NCBI GenBank assembly: GCA_963844035.1
Contig: CAWJMT010000035.1
Coordinates: 192,001 to 256,000 of the forward strand
Direction of reading: 5' to 3'
Source: an uncultured Gemmatimonadales bacterium
GTDB lineage: Bacteria; Gemmatimonadota; Gemmatimonadetes; Gemmatimonadales; GWC2-71-9
Length of the DNA: 64,000 nt
Below are positions 63,829 to 64,000 of the stretch, in pieces. The translations under genes were made by a program, and so were the position numbers. Below the pieces are notes generated by a model, which worked only from the letters and a program-made list of their open reading frames with translations, was not told the DNA's origin and ran no database searches. Each line of letters opens with the position of its first letter. The stretch's first letter is position 1.

Positions 63829-64000
63829 CTAGTGCCAGCTCACACCCACGCCAGTCTGAAACAGCATCAGGCTGACACCGTCAAGCACAGGTTCGCCGTT
63901 GAAGTTGATCCCGCTGCCGAACGACGCGATCCACAAGCTCACGAACGGCGTCCAGGAAACCGACTTGTTCATCGGCATGTCATAACCGGCGCCGAAGTTG
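63829..64000 (-). CDS. 3' end of a probable outer-membrane beta-barrel protein
   Basis: Manual translation NFGAGYD...VSWTPFVS...LFQTGVGVSWH*, with amphipathic beta strands. Confidence 0.6.
   Translation of the reverse strand, partial: NFGAGYDMPMNKSVSWTPFVSLWIASFGSGINFNGEPVLDGVSLMLFQTGVGVSWH

Overview
GC-rich bacterial chromosome segment, mostly core genome. Gene content and style suggest Gemmatimonadota (inference). Scattered single-base frameshifts also hit conserved genes (rplI, smc, pdxJ), so most are probably long-read/assembly indels. In order: a cyclic-nucleotide signalling cluster (Crp, MBL hydrolase, CsgG/TPR, GAF protein); rpmE-prfA-prmC-YlbF-like-tmk-S41 protease; a long minus-strand run (rpsF-rpsR-DUF2232-rplI-rsfS, peptidase/propeller Omp85, two SPOR proteins, smc, a lone CTD/FlgD-like protein, MBL, aroF, lolA); an ispE...tRNA-Gln...prs-rplY-pth region interrupted by a Gld-like ABC system, pirin, cupredoxin and DUF169; a pseudo-Hpt protein, pdxJ, mce, trxA, rsmI; a coupled DUF4159-DUF4175-like-TPR-GATase-like-JAB/DinG operon; gltX and tRNA-Ser; a sensor-fused otsA-otsB-GH15 trehalose locus; UDG; an Arg-repeat/diguanylate cyclase pair; and a peroxiredoxin-TlpA-CcdA redox cluster. 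No integrase, transposase or CRISPR array was seen. Best leads: (1) octamer-periodic palindromes written into signal-peptide codons of unrelated genes, plus related 7/8-mer repeats at gene junctions; (2) a divergent small [ED]RR-repeat protein sharing its motif with the N-terminus of a REC-GGDEF-REC cyclase; (3) an envelope-to-SMC operon with a Walker-A-less MinD/BY-kinase-like SPOR protein and a POTRA-less protease-Omp85. Family calls are from motif recognition by eye; no database search was run.
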